Positions 17,666 to 25,603 of a DNA stretch of 64,000 bases are shown here, piece after piece. The stretch is from IMG/VR virus record IMGVR_UViG_3300035180_001778, positions 1-64,000 of that record; one strand, 5' to 3'. The position numbers and the translations under genes are program-made. The notes below the pieces were generated by a model. It was not told the DNA's origin and did no database searches. It saw only the letters and a program-made list of their open reading frames with translations. Positions within the stretch are counted from its first letter, which is position 1. The number at the start of each line of letters is the position of its first letter.

Positions 17666-18786
17666 TTCCTCATCTGCCACTCGGCCAGAAGCGCCTTCCG
17701 GGTCATGGGTCCGATGATCCCGTCGACCTTGAGCCCGTGGACCCCCTGGAAAGCGAACAGGGCATCCGTGGTCTTGATCCCGATCCGCCCATCAGCTCCC
17801 GCCGGTCCGAGGTCATAGCCCTCTGCGATCAGCTCCGTCTGAACCTCTTTCGGGGTCAGGAAAGGAGGCATCGAGTCTGTAGGGTCGATCCCCAGCTTCG
17901 CGCTCCAAGCCCGGAGATCCGCTGCGAAGTCGGGCAGGTCCACACCGTAGATCCGCTCGATGAGCGGCCGGATCCCGTTGTAGCGAACCGGGTAGATTGT
18001 GATCTGCGGCCCAAACGTGAGCTGCTTCAAGATGTCGATGCACCAGTCCGAGGACCACTTCGGAGCCTTCGACTTCGCGACGGCGATCTTGAGCTGGTTG
18101 CTTGCGACGGTGGGGAGATTGGCGGCAAAGGAAAGGTAGGCCGAACGGAGAGCCCCGATCCAGCCTGAAGACATGGAAGAAGCCTCCGTCGAGAGAGAAC
18201 CCCCCCATAGAATGGCGTGGGCTTCCGGCGTGACGAAGCCCATGAGCTTCGGGACCGTGAAGGCTACTTGGACCTTCTGCGCCTCGGGGAGTGCCAGGGT
18301 GTTTGCAATGGCTGCCGCCCAGCTCTTGGCATACTCCTTTGAGCCCTCGTCCCAAGTTCCCTTCAAGCCGTTCGAGCGGAGCAAGAAGAGCTGCTTCTGC
18401 TCATCGAGCCGGTCGACCTCACCTCGGAAGTCACGGAAGAAGAACCTCCAGCGGCCCTTGGCATTCTTCTCGAAGTTGATGCCGGCGTTGGAGAGCTGAG
18501 TCTGGAAAGGCTTCGGGAAGCCCCCTGCCTGGTCAACGATGGCCCCGAGCATATCGGAGACGCTGTACTGGCCCGCCTCGCCCCACTGAATGATCCCTGC
18601 TGTGCAGATCATCCGGTCGTAGAGGTTCATGGCATCGTAGCGTCCGCCTTCGGTCGCTGTGATCACCGCCATGACCTTGTCCATGCTCGACGGGTCGGCC
18701 GGAAGGGTATAGGGAACGGACCCTCGAAAGAAGGGTCCCTCGTAGCCCTTGTAGGATCCCCACCCGATGTCTTCGATCTTCGCCAT
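17662..18786 (-). CDS. Putative endolysin: lysozyme-like N-terminal domain plus PG_binding_1 domain
   Basis: C-terminal ADGRIG..T..AL..FQ..HGL.VDGIIGP.T; N-terminal TEGG.YDAMNLYD...AGIIQW. Confidence 0.75.
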   Translation of the reverse strand: MAKIEDIGWGSYKGYEGPFFRGSVPYTLPADPSSMDKVMAVITATEGGRYDAMNLYDRMICTAGIIQWGEAGQYSVSDMLGAIVDQAGGFPKPFQTQLSNAGINFEKNAKGRWRFFFRDFRGEVDRLDEQKQLFLLRSNGLKGTWDEGSKEYAKSWAAAIANTLALPEAQKVQVAFTVPKLMGFVTPEAHAILWGGSLSTEASSMSSGWIGALRSAYLSFAANLPTVASNQLKIAVAKSKAPKWSSDWCIDILKQLTFGPQITIYPVRYNGIRPLIERIYGVDLPDFAADLRAWSAKLGIDPTDSMPPFLTPKEVQTELIAEGYDLGPAGADGRIGIKTTDALFAFQGVHGLKVDGIIGPMTRKALLAEWQMRN

Positions 18787-18822
18787 GTTGAGCCTCCACA
18801 TCGAGAGGCTCAACAAGAAGAA

Positions 18823-19107
18823 TCAAGGAGATTCGGGCTTCGGTCCCTGAGCGGCGATCAGGAGTTGCAGGTTCTCAGCTCCGAAATCGCGGTCATCTCC
18901 CCAACCCTCTGCGGTCTGCTTTTCCACGACGGCGATCTTCTTGGACAAGCACTGTGCGTCACACAGGTGGATCAGAGCAAGATGCTCCTCGGACCCCTCC
19001 GCCATTTTGACCGTGAGGAAGGGTCGGATCTGTCGAGTCCCGCTGGTCAACATGGTCCGGCAAAAGTCACAGATCGTTGCGCCCCTGCCTCCGTTGAACT
19101 TGAACAT
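18823..19107 (-). CDS. Hypothetical Zn-binding protein
   Basis: CDFC and HLCDAQC. Confidence 0.6.
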   Translation of the reverse strand: MFKFNGGRGATICDFCRTMLTSGTRQIRPFLTVKMAEGSEEHLALIHLCDAQCLSKKIAVVEKQTAEGWGDDRDFGAENLQLLIAAQGPKPESP

Positions 19108-19115
19108 GGGACTCC

Positions 19116-19292
19116 CTACTTCCCTTCCACAGCCTTCCCCCGCACCCAGGTGAAGAGGTGGTCGAGGGTCGAGAAGGTGGCCGCCCCGAAGAGGAAGCAG
19201 GCGATGAGGTGATGATCCACTCCGCTTCCCCACAGGAGAAGGGCCACGAGGGTCATCACGAACAGGACGGGAGTGTTTCTTTGCAGATTCAT
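19116..19292 (-). CDS. Small two-TM membrane protein (holin-like position)
   Basis: Two hydrophobic segments and a basic tail; upstream of the lysin. Confidence 0.5.
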   Translation of the reverse strand: MNLQRNTPVLFVMTLVALLLWGSGVDHHLIACFLFGAATFSTLDHLFTWVRGKAVEGK

Positions 19293-19294
19293 GG

Positions 19295-20209
19295 TCACAC
19301 CTTGGGGGGCATCTCGAACTTGAAGTACTTCGGCGGGCCGATCACTCGTCGAAGTACCTCGTTGAATTTCTCGACGAGGTCCCATGCGTTGTTCGGCCGG
19401 AGGTGTTGCATGGGAGACAGGCACTCCCTCAAGAACCTCTGAATGGGCTCCGGTGTGGTATCCGGCATCGCGTTCGTGGTGACGTCCCCGCCTTGCAGGG
19501 CGACCATGCACTTGGCCAGCATGTAGATGTCCGTCGCCGCCGTCGGGATCTCCTTGGCGAGAATCTCGGGAGCGTAGAAGCTACGCCAAGGGGCGGACAT
19601 GGCCCGAACCTTGTTCCGCCGTGTGTTCGCGTTGGTGACGGCGTAAGACCAGTCGATCAGCTTGGCCCCGTGGTCGGCCGGATGGATCAGCAAGTGCGGA
19701 GGGAGGACCGCTCCGTGAAGGACGTTCTTCTCATGGACGTACCCGAGGCCTTCCAGCCCGCGCTTGAACATCCAGACCATGTTCTGGTACTCGATGCCCG
19801 CGGGGTAGGCCTTCAGGATGTCCGCGACGGAGACGTGCTCCCCAAGCCAGGGAAAGACGTTGATCCGTTTCCCCTCCCGTTCGTTGTGGAAGGAGTAGCT
19901 GAGCTTGGAAAGGTAGCGGAGGAACCCAGCGTTCGCCTCTTCTGCGGGGAAGAGGTGCCGGATGACGTCCGCCTCGTGCTCGACGAGGTCGTTGACGTCG
20001 ACCCCATGAGAGACCTTCAGGGCCGCAGGGCGGCCGTTGTAGGTGCCTCGGTAGATGTCGCAGAGGTCCCCTTCCGCAACCTTCATGTCGAAGGTGAAGA
20101 TTGCGGTGTCCCCCTCGAGGTTACCATCGTCATCCGCCATGAGCGCTTCCCACGCATTGGTGGCGTGACGTGGTCGCGTGGGGGGCAGAATAATCGTGAT
20201 GAGGTCCAT
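19295..20209 (-). CDS. Atypical Ser/Thr protein kinase-fold protein with N-terminal tag (TNAWEALMADDD)
   Basis: AALK, HEAD, LHGAVLPPHLLI, LIDWSYA, YAPE, TDIYMLA subdomains. Confidence 0.8.
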   Translation of the reverse strand: MDLITIILPPTRPRHATNAWEALMADDDGNLEGDTAIFTFDMKVAEGDLCDIYRGTYNGRPAALKVSHGVDVNDLVEHEADVIRHLFPAEEANAGFLRYLSKLSYSFHNEREGKRINVFPWLGEHVSVADILKAYPAGIEYQNMVWMFKRGLEGLGYVHEKNVLHGAVLPPHLLIHPADHGAKLIDWSYAVTNANTRRNKVRAMSAPWRSFYAPEILAKEIPTAATDIYMLAKCMVALQGGDVTTNAMPDTTPEPIQRFLRECLSPMQHLRPNNAWDLVEKFNEVLRRVIGPPKYFKFEMPPKV

Positions 20210-21552
20210 TATCGCTTGTCCTTGGCCGTGGGGCCGAACGACTTGATGGTGATCGGCGTCTTCAGGAGGTCTTCGATCGTGGGGATGAACATTCCCCAGT
20301 TGACCTTCTCTTCCAAGTACACCGGACACGCCTGAGAGAGATTCAAAGAGATTTTCTCTCGGTCGTCAAAACGCCCCCGGATATCGGACACCCAAGACAC
20401 ATCCCTCAACTCCGATGCAACACCCAGGCCCCCCAGGTAGTCCACACATATCCTGTGCGGTTCATTCGTCCGCAGACACGCCACATCGCAGTGCGTCATG
20501 GCGATCTCGTCGACACCCCCAATAACCCTCAGAGCGTATTGGGTGGCAAACGCGTCGAAGGCCCCCAACCTGAAATCCTGTTGCCAGGAGTTGAGCGCGT
20601 TGTGCTCGACCTTCGGGGTCGGGAGAAAGACGCCCTTGCCTTCCGTGACGAACGGACCCGCCCCGTGCCGGGTCATGTAGGACCGGAGGATACCGATCTT
20701 CCTGATGTCCCCCGAGAAGCCTTCGATCAGGTTGAGGGCGTTGCCGAATGTCGTGTCGGACCAGGTCGTGTAGGGGTGGAACCCGTAGTCTTGGTCGAGC
20801 AGGACACCCTGAGCGCCCTCGAAGATCGTGGTCCCTTCTTTCATGATGCGCTGGAGATAGGCTGAACCGACAACCTGGAGCGGGAGCTGGCGGAAACCAT
20901 TCAGCAAATCCCTGATCACAGGGTGAAGGCTGTTGCTCAACAGCATGTTCCACTCTGCCTTGAAAGAGCAGATGCAGTCGAGGTCCCTGGACTTGCACTC
21001 GGGGCTGTGGAGATGAGACAGCTCTGTGAGGTAGCGATCCCGGACCTTCGTCAACTGGATCCCAACCTTAGCCCGGTCTTCCAGGTCTCCGACTTGAAGG
21101 TCGTGATCCGGGAAGCTCAAGTGACTGCTCACCGTCTCGCCGATCCCCATTCCACAGGAGCCGTGGCGGTTCGAGCGGGCCATCTCCCGGATGCGGTTCG
21201 CCGTCACATGGTAGGGCGTTGTGACCAGAGCTTCTCTCTCGATGGTCAGCCGCTCGAAGGCGTCGAGGACACCCACAGAACGGAGGTGCTTCTCCTCGGA
21301 GAGCATGAAGATCGGGTTCACGAGCATGTGCCGGCTGAGGTGCGTCTTCACTCCGGGCACGAAGGTGGCGCTCCCGAACTGAGCGAAGGTGTGATGCCGA
21401 CCATCCTCCAGGACCACGTTGTGACCAGCCTGTGCTCCTCCGTTAAATCGGCACACTACCTTTGCGTTGTGTTTTCGGGCCAAATAATCAACGATGGTTC
21501 CTTTACCTTCGTCACCATAATTCAACCCAAGAACAATCAACGCTTCAGACAT
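20209..21552 (-). CDS. Adenylosuccinate synthetase (PurA)-fold ligase, divergent
   Basis: GLNYGDEGKG, GGAQAGHNV, FEGAQGVLLD...HPYTTWSDT. Confidence 0.85.
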   Translation of the reverse strand: MSEALIVLGLNYGDEGKGTIVDYLARKHNAKVVCRFNGGAQAGHNVVLEDGRHHTFAQFGSATFVPGVKTHLSRHMLVNPIFMLSEEKHLRSVGVLDAFERLTIEREALVTTPYHVTANRIREMARSNRHGSCGMGIGETVSSHLSFPDHDLQVGDLEDRAKVGIQLTKVRDRYLTELSHLHSPECKSRDLDCICSFKAEWNMLLSNSLHPVIRDLLNGFRQLPLQVVGSAYLQRIMKEGTTIFEGAQGVLLDQDYGFHPYTTWSDTTFGNALNLIEGFSGDIRKIGILRSYMTRHGAGPFVTEGKGVFLPTPKVEHNALNSWQQDFRLGAFDAFATQYALRVIGGVDEIAMTHCDVACLRTNEPHRICVDYLGGLGVASELRDVSWVSDIRGRFDDREKISLNLSQACPVYLEEKVNWGMFIPTIEDLLKTPITIKSFGPTAKDKR

Positions 21553-22114
21553 GACTAACCTCGAAATGCTTGAGATATATACTCTTCACGTGCTCTAGGA
21601 ACGCTTCGAGTGAAAGAGACCTCTTGGCGTAGTTGCAAATTGCGCAACATGTGACGACGTTATCAGTCGTGTACCCAAGGGAGTTGTTCTTCCGATCGAT
21701 ACCGTTGTATGTGATGGAACTACCAGTCTTTCGGACCCCTTTGGGGATGCGCCGGCAAACACTTTTGGGGGGAGCGCCGCAGTAGTAGCACGCACACTTG
21801 ATGAGCGTCTGGAAGGCGGCAGCCGACAAGTCCCAGGAATGGCCCCTTCGAGTGGCGTGTCTCTGGTAATTCTTCGACAGAGCTGCAAGTGCTGAAGCTT
21901 CTCTATCCTGACGAGGCTTGGACCCATGAGGCAAACACCCACAACTTTTGGTGTTCCCTTTCTTCAAGGATTCTGCAAACCCCGTCCAATCGTTCCCGCA
22001 CGCGCACTTCCCTCGGACGATTTGGCCCCTGTGCTTGTACCCGAGCTTGTGTGCCCCTCCCAGCGATTCGCACACAGTAATCAGTCCGAATGTTTGTCCG
22101 AGCAAGTCTTCCAT
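21545..22114 (-). mobile_element. Free-standing HNH homing endonuclease gene
   Basis: GQTFGLITV, CACG, SCGC, CYYCG, YNGIDRKNNSLGYT..NVV.CCAICNYAK; visibly lower GC. Confidence 0.8.
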
Positions 22115-22169
22115 GAGGGTGCGGTGTAAGAGAGGATCGATAACCCTTTCGTACTACCGCACCCGACGG

Positions 22170-22538
22170 TCAGTCCGCCTGGTAGTACATGCTGATGTTG
22201 TCCCAGCCCGCGTTGACGAGGTGGTCACAGAGAGCTTCCGCGGCCTTCGTTCGCGAGTAGGCCTGCCCGCCACAGCCGGGACCGAAGACGAAGCGACGGT
22301 TCTTGTGATTACCGAACGAGTCTCCCGTCCAGTAGCCGGGAACCCCTGCTTCCGTGGCGGCCTTCTCGAACTCCGCCCGCACCTTGGGGGACGGAGAACG
22401 GCTGAAGTGGAACTTGGGGGCGTCGAAGTTACAGGTGCCGCCATCGTGGGTGGCCGCCGCAACCTGCTTGGCCACGATGAGGCCATCCTTGAGGTCCGCA
22501 GTGAGCTTGGTGAAGTCGTACGTGGTCTTGGTGGGCAT
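22170..22538 (-). CDS. Hypothetical protein
   Basis: Class I promoter at canonical spacing. Confidence 0.8.
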   Translation of the reverse strand: MPTKTTYDFTKLTADLKDGLIVAKQVAAATHDGGTCNFDAPKFHFSRSPSPKVRAEFEKAATEAGVPGYWTGDSFGNHKNRRFVFGPGCGGQAYSRTKAAEALCDHLVNAGWDNISMYYQAD

Positions 22539-22545
22539 GGTAGTC

Positions 22546-22573
22546 CTACAGCCGGGGCGGGTTTCGGATCAAC
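22546..22573 (-). promoter_or_regulatory. Class I promoter-like motif
   Basis: N16; N7 to ATG 22538. Confidence 0.8.
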
Positions 22574-22928
22574 CTCGGCGGGGGTAAAACTTCTCTTCGG
22601 CGGTACGAACGCAATCCCAGGCGAGATCCCATTCCGCTTTGGCGTCCACCGCGGGCTGGCCCGTCTTCGTGGGCTTCAGGGCTCGTTCGAAGAGCACTCG
22701 GGCCATCGCCGCGATGTCTTCGGTCGTGGCCACACCCTCGCCACGGTGCGTCGAGCTGGCCGGGAGGTGGTGATCCGAACGTGAGTAGTCGTCGCAGCGT
22801 TCGGGATGCGGTACCCCATCAGCATCTCGGGGGCAGTACACGCAAGTACCCCAGTGCCCGTTGCGAGCGACCAGGATTTCACGGTAGGAGGTTCTGAGAG
22901 CAAGAGCACGATCGATGGTATTCAGCAT
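22569..22928 (-). CDS. Hypothetical protein with CxxC
   Basis: ORF 1 nt after the upstream stop. Confidence 0.65.
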   Translation of the reverse strand: MLNTIDRALALRTSYREILVARNGHWGTCVYCPRDADGVPHPERCDDYSRSDHHLPASSTHRGEGVATTEDIAAMARVLFERALKPTKTGQPAVDAKAEWDLAWDCVRTAEEKFYPRRG

Positions 22929-22929
22929 T

Positions 22930-23163
22930 TCAGTTCTCCACGGAATCAAGGCCGTTTACCCAGGACCACAGCTCATTCCGCCCCATGAGCATGTATCCGT
23001 GAGTCTTCAGGGCGCGCTTCTTTCCTTCGGGGATGATCCCGAAGAACATGATTCCTGCGAAACCCTTCTTCGGGTCGATCGTGAAGCCTTTGCCCGTTTC
23101 GGGCACTCGGACTTTCACCGGCTTGTTGGCGAATAGGGCGTCAACCATTTCTTCAGGAGTCAT
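22930..23163 (-). CDS. Hypothetical protein
   Basis: Class I promoter at canonical spacing. Confidence 0.75.
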   Translation of the reverse strand: MTPEEMVDALFANKPVKVRVPETGKGFTIDPKKGFAGIMFFGIIPEGKKRALKTHGYMLMGRNELWSWVNGLDSVEN

Positions 23164-23170
23164 GATCAGC

Positions 23171-23198
23171 CTACAGTCCGAGGGAGCCGCCGATCAAC
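23171..23198 (-). promoter_or_regulatory. Class I promoter-like motif
   Basis: N16; N7 to ATG 23163. Confidence 0.8.
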
Positions 23199-23200
23199 CT

Positions 23201-23473
23201 CTACATGCTCGGTCCGTTGCCTCGCGGGGCGAACGTCCGAGCATCAGCAACCGTCCCCGGGGTGATGGGTGCATCACTCGGTTCTCCGTTGACCATTCGC
23301 CATTCGCGAATCGGCGTCGTGGGGTCAGAGAACAGGACGAAGCGAGCCACCCGCCTCTCCTCCTTGGAGTCATGTACCCACTGCTCCGCCTGTTACATGT
23401 ATTCCAGGTTGCGAGCGACCCCAATCAGGGTGCCGCCTTCGTCTGTCGTGTCGTCGTGGATTTCGAGGTTCAC
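23201..23473 (-). pseudogene. Hypothetical ORF interrupted by in-frame TAA (23393-23395)
   Basis: MNLEIHDD...NLEYM*QAEQWVHDSKEERR... continues in frame to TAG at 23201. Confidence 0.55.
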
Positions 23474-23675
23474 AGGTGCCTCACGAGCTGGTTGCGGAAG
23501 TTGTTGGTGTTGTCCGCCAAGGTGTTCACCATCACCTTGCAAAGGATGCCCGGAAACTCGTGCTCCGGGATGTGCCCTTCGTCCCGCAGACGGGCGAACA
23601 GGTCGTCAATGGAAGCACCCCCGCCGATCAAGCCGGCGAGGGTGTTCATGAGCTGGGGGAGAGTTCGATGGGCAT
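23470..23675 (-). CDS. Hypothetical protein; promoter-linked ATG out of frame by one base
   Basis: One extra base in the G5 run at 23655-23659 gives MPIELSPQLMNTLAG... Confidence 0.55.
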
Positions 23676-23683
23676 GGGGATCT

Positions 23684-23711
23684 ATACAAGGCGGGGAGCC
23701 TTTGGATCAAC
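23684..23711 (-). promoter_or_regulatory. Class I promoter-like motif (TGTAT)
   Basis: N16; N8 to ATG 23675. Confidence 0.7.
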
Positions 23712-23726
23712 CCATGCCCTGGGGGT

Positions 23727-24244
23727 TCACCGCGGGTCGTGAGCGTACCGGCGGAGCGCATCCGTGTGGAGCGGGAAGCCCAGCTCCGCATCCCAGAGGG
23801 CGATGGCCACCTCGGATACCTCGCGGTTCGGCTTGAACGCCTTCTGGACGTCTTCCCAGAGAACGATAGGTCCTCCGCAGAAGATGATCAGGCTCGACCC
23901 CGAGGGAGTCGTCTTGACTTCGAGGAGACGGTACTCCGAGGCGGGGGTCACGATCCCCACTTCTTCCTCGATCTCCCGAGCTGCCGCTTGCTCGAAGGAT
24001 TCTCCGAAGTCGACGTAGCCGCCGGGGAGAGCGAGGGTCCCCTTGGCCGGTTCGATGTTGCGCCGGATGACGAGGGCTCCCATCAGGGTTTTGTGCTTAC
24101 TGACGGGGACGATGGCCACCACGACCGGGGCTGGATTGCGGTAGGTGCTGCATTCGCAGGTTGCACACTTCCAGGGCCACAACTTCAGTGCCTCGGAGGA
24201 GTAGTGCTGCCCGCAGAAGTGACAGAAAAGATGGGGGTAGGCAT
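23727..24244 (-). CDS. Nudix hydrolase with N-terminal zinc ribbon (YjhB-like)
   Basis: CHFC..CATC; Nudix box GGYVDFGESFEQAAAREIEEEVG; the ATG at 24244 needs +1 base in G5 at 24233-24237. Confidence 0.85.
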
Positions 24245-24251
24245 GGCGGAA

Positions 24252-24278
24252 GTACAAGAGACGCCCCCGAGGATCAAC
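24252..24278 (-). promoter_or_regulatory. Class I promoter-like motif (TGTAC, N15)
   Basis: Spacer contains a C5 run; N7 to ATG 24244. Confidence 0.65.
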
Positions 24279-24298
24279 CCCAGGGGCGTCTCTTGTTG

Positions 24299-25258
24299 CT
24301 AGAGCCGGATGGTCGAGCTGGTGCTGGCCTTGCCGAGGCTTTCGGCGAGGGGCGTCAGGCTGGCGACGGTGTCGTTGATCAGCTTGCCCGAGACACCCGC
24401 CGTCGCGAGGCCCTGGCGAGCCCGGTCGAGATCGGTCGTCCCTTCGCAGAGCCCCACGGTGAGGGCGATCGTCTCGGCCACGCCCTCGGCGGAGGCCAGA
24501 GCGAGGACGTGGGTCTCGTCGAAGAGCTTGACCCAGTAGTTGCGGATCCTGGAGTCACGCCCGCCGGACGTCTCGGCCGGGATGATGAAGAAGACGTTGT
24601 ACTTCTCCTGGGCTTCCGCGATGATCTGCTCCAGGGGGATGTCCTCCTGGAGCGTCTCGCCGAAGAGCGCCTCGACTTCACGCTTGCTCACCCTCAGGTA
24701 GGCCTCCTCATCGCCGAGGAGGAAGAGGTAGCCCTTCTTGTTGCGCTTCTCGACGCAGTCGATCTGCGTGTGCCGGGCGAAGAAGTAGAGCGCGTTCTGG
24801 TAGCTCTCCTGCTTCGTGCCCCCGCCGCCCGCTTCGAGCCAGACGTTGCTGAAGGTCTCGTCCATCTCGTTGCCCGACTCGAACTCGCCGATCTGGATCG
24901 AGCCCTTGTCGCTGCGGGCATCACCGACGCATCCGAAGAGGAGCTGAGGATGCTGGACGCCGTTCTCCGTGAGGAGGTTCATCAGCCGCGGGAGCTTCTC
25001 CTGAAAGCTCTTCGGGGTCGTCGACATCGAGCCCGTCACGTCGAACATCACGGCCACGGCGAGCGACTCGGGATGAGCCGCCGAGTCGCGGGACTCGCGG
25101 ATGAGCTTGTTCTTGGGGTCGAGCAGAGCGTGCGTCCGCTGCTCGGAACGCGGCTTTGACACGACGGCCGCCGAATAGGCGAACGTCGTGGTTGCCGTGC
25201 GGACACGATCCGCCTTGCGCGCATTGTAGAAGTCTTCGCTGTAGCTGGAACCGCCCAT
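24299..25258 (-). CDS. vWA-domain protein
   Basis: MIDAS-like DVTGSM; GGGG..QESY; FLLGDE. Confidence 0.8.
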   Translation of the reverse strand: MGGSSYSEDFYNARKADRVRTATTTFAYSAAVVSKPRSEQRTHALLDPKNKLIRESRDSAAHPESLAVAVMFDVTGSMSTTPKSFQEKLPRLMNLLTENGVQHPQLLFGCVGDARSDKGSIQIGEFESGNEMDETFSNVWLEAGGGGTKQESYQNALYFFARHTQIDCVEKRNKKGYLFLLGDEEAYLRVSKREVEALFGETLQEDIPLEQIIAEAQEKYNVFFIIPAETSGGRDSRIRNYWVKLFDETHVLALASAEGVAETIALTVGLCEGTTDLDRARQGLATAGVSGKLINDTVASLTPLAESLGKASTSSTIRL

Positions 25259-25333
25259 GGGGGACTCTCTTTCTTCGTCTCAGGTGAGAAGGTGTTGGGG
25301 TCACTCGCACTATGCGGCAACCCCAACATCGCT

Positions 25334-25513
25334 TCAGGGGGTCGCCGGGGTCTCGCCGGTCGGGGTCGTGGTGGGAGCCGGGGTCGTGACCGGGGGCTCT
25401 TCCTTGGTTTCCGGGACCGTCGGAGCGACCACCGCCGGGGTCGCCGGGACGGTCTCGCTCACAGCCTTCTTGGCACTGTCGCTGAACTCTTCGCTGTAGA
25501 CGCTGCTGCCCAT
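25334..25513 (-). CDS. Pro/Thr-rich mini-protein sharing its N-terminus with the vWA gene
   Basis: MGSSVYSEEF vs MGGSSYSEDF, with near-identical leaders. Confidence 0.5.
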   Translation of the reverse strand: MGSSVYSEEFSDSAKKAVSETVPATPAVVAPTVPETKEEPPVTTPAPTTTPTGETPATP

Positions 25514-25523
25514 GGGGGGCCTC

Positions 25524-25603
25524 TTTTCTTCTTGGGGGTCGACTTCGGTAGATGAGAGATACACCAGATACCCTTCATCTACCGAAGTTTTCTTCTTGGG
25601 GTC
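25524..25603. repeat. Direct repeat / inverted repeat cassette enclosing a GGTGTA motif
   Basis: TTTTCTTCTTGGGG(G)TC direct repeats flank the 14-bp IR ACTTCGGTAGATGA / TCATCTACCGAAGT. Confidence 0.85.

Noticed and set aside
8477-19866. Extra GTTGATC words at 8477, 9491, 9814, 15133 and 19860
   Set aside because: Inside coding regions and lacking TGTA at the 16-nt spacing, so treated as chance matches.
20209-21552. PurZ / 2-aminoadenine (Z) genome pathway
   Set aside because: The P-loop keeps Asp (GDEGKG, not the Ser of canonical PurZ), I recognised no DatZ-like HD enzyme, and an adenine methylase is present. Not excluded without phylogeny, but unsupported.
20318-22128. GGTGTA words at 20318 and 22123
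   Set aside because: No start codon at the usual distance; 20318 is explained by Pro-Val-Tyr codons.
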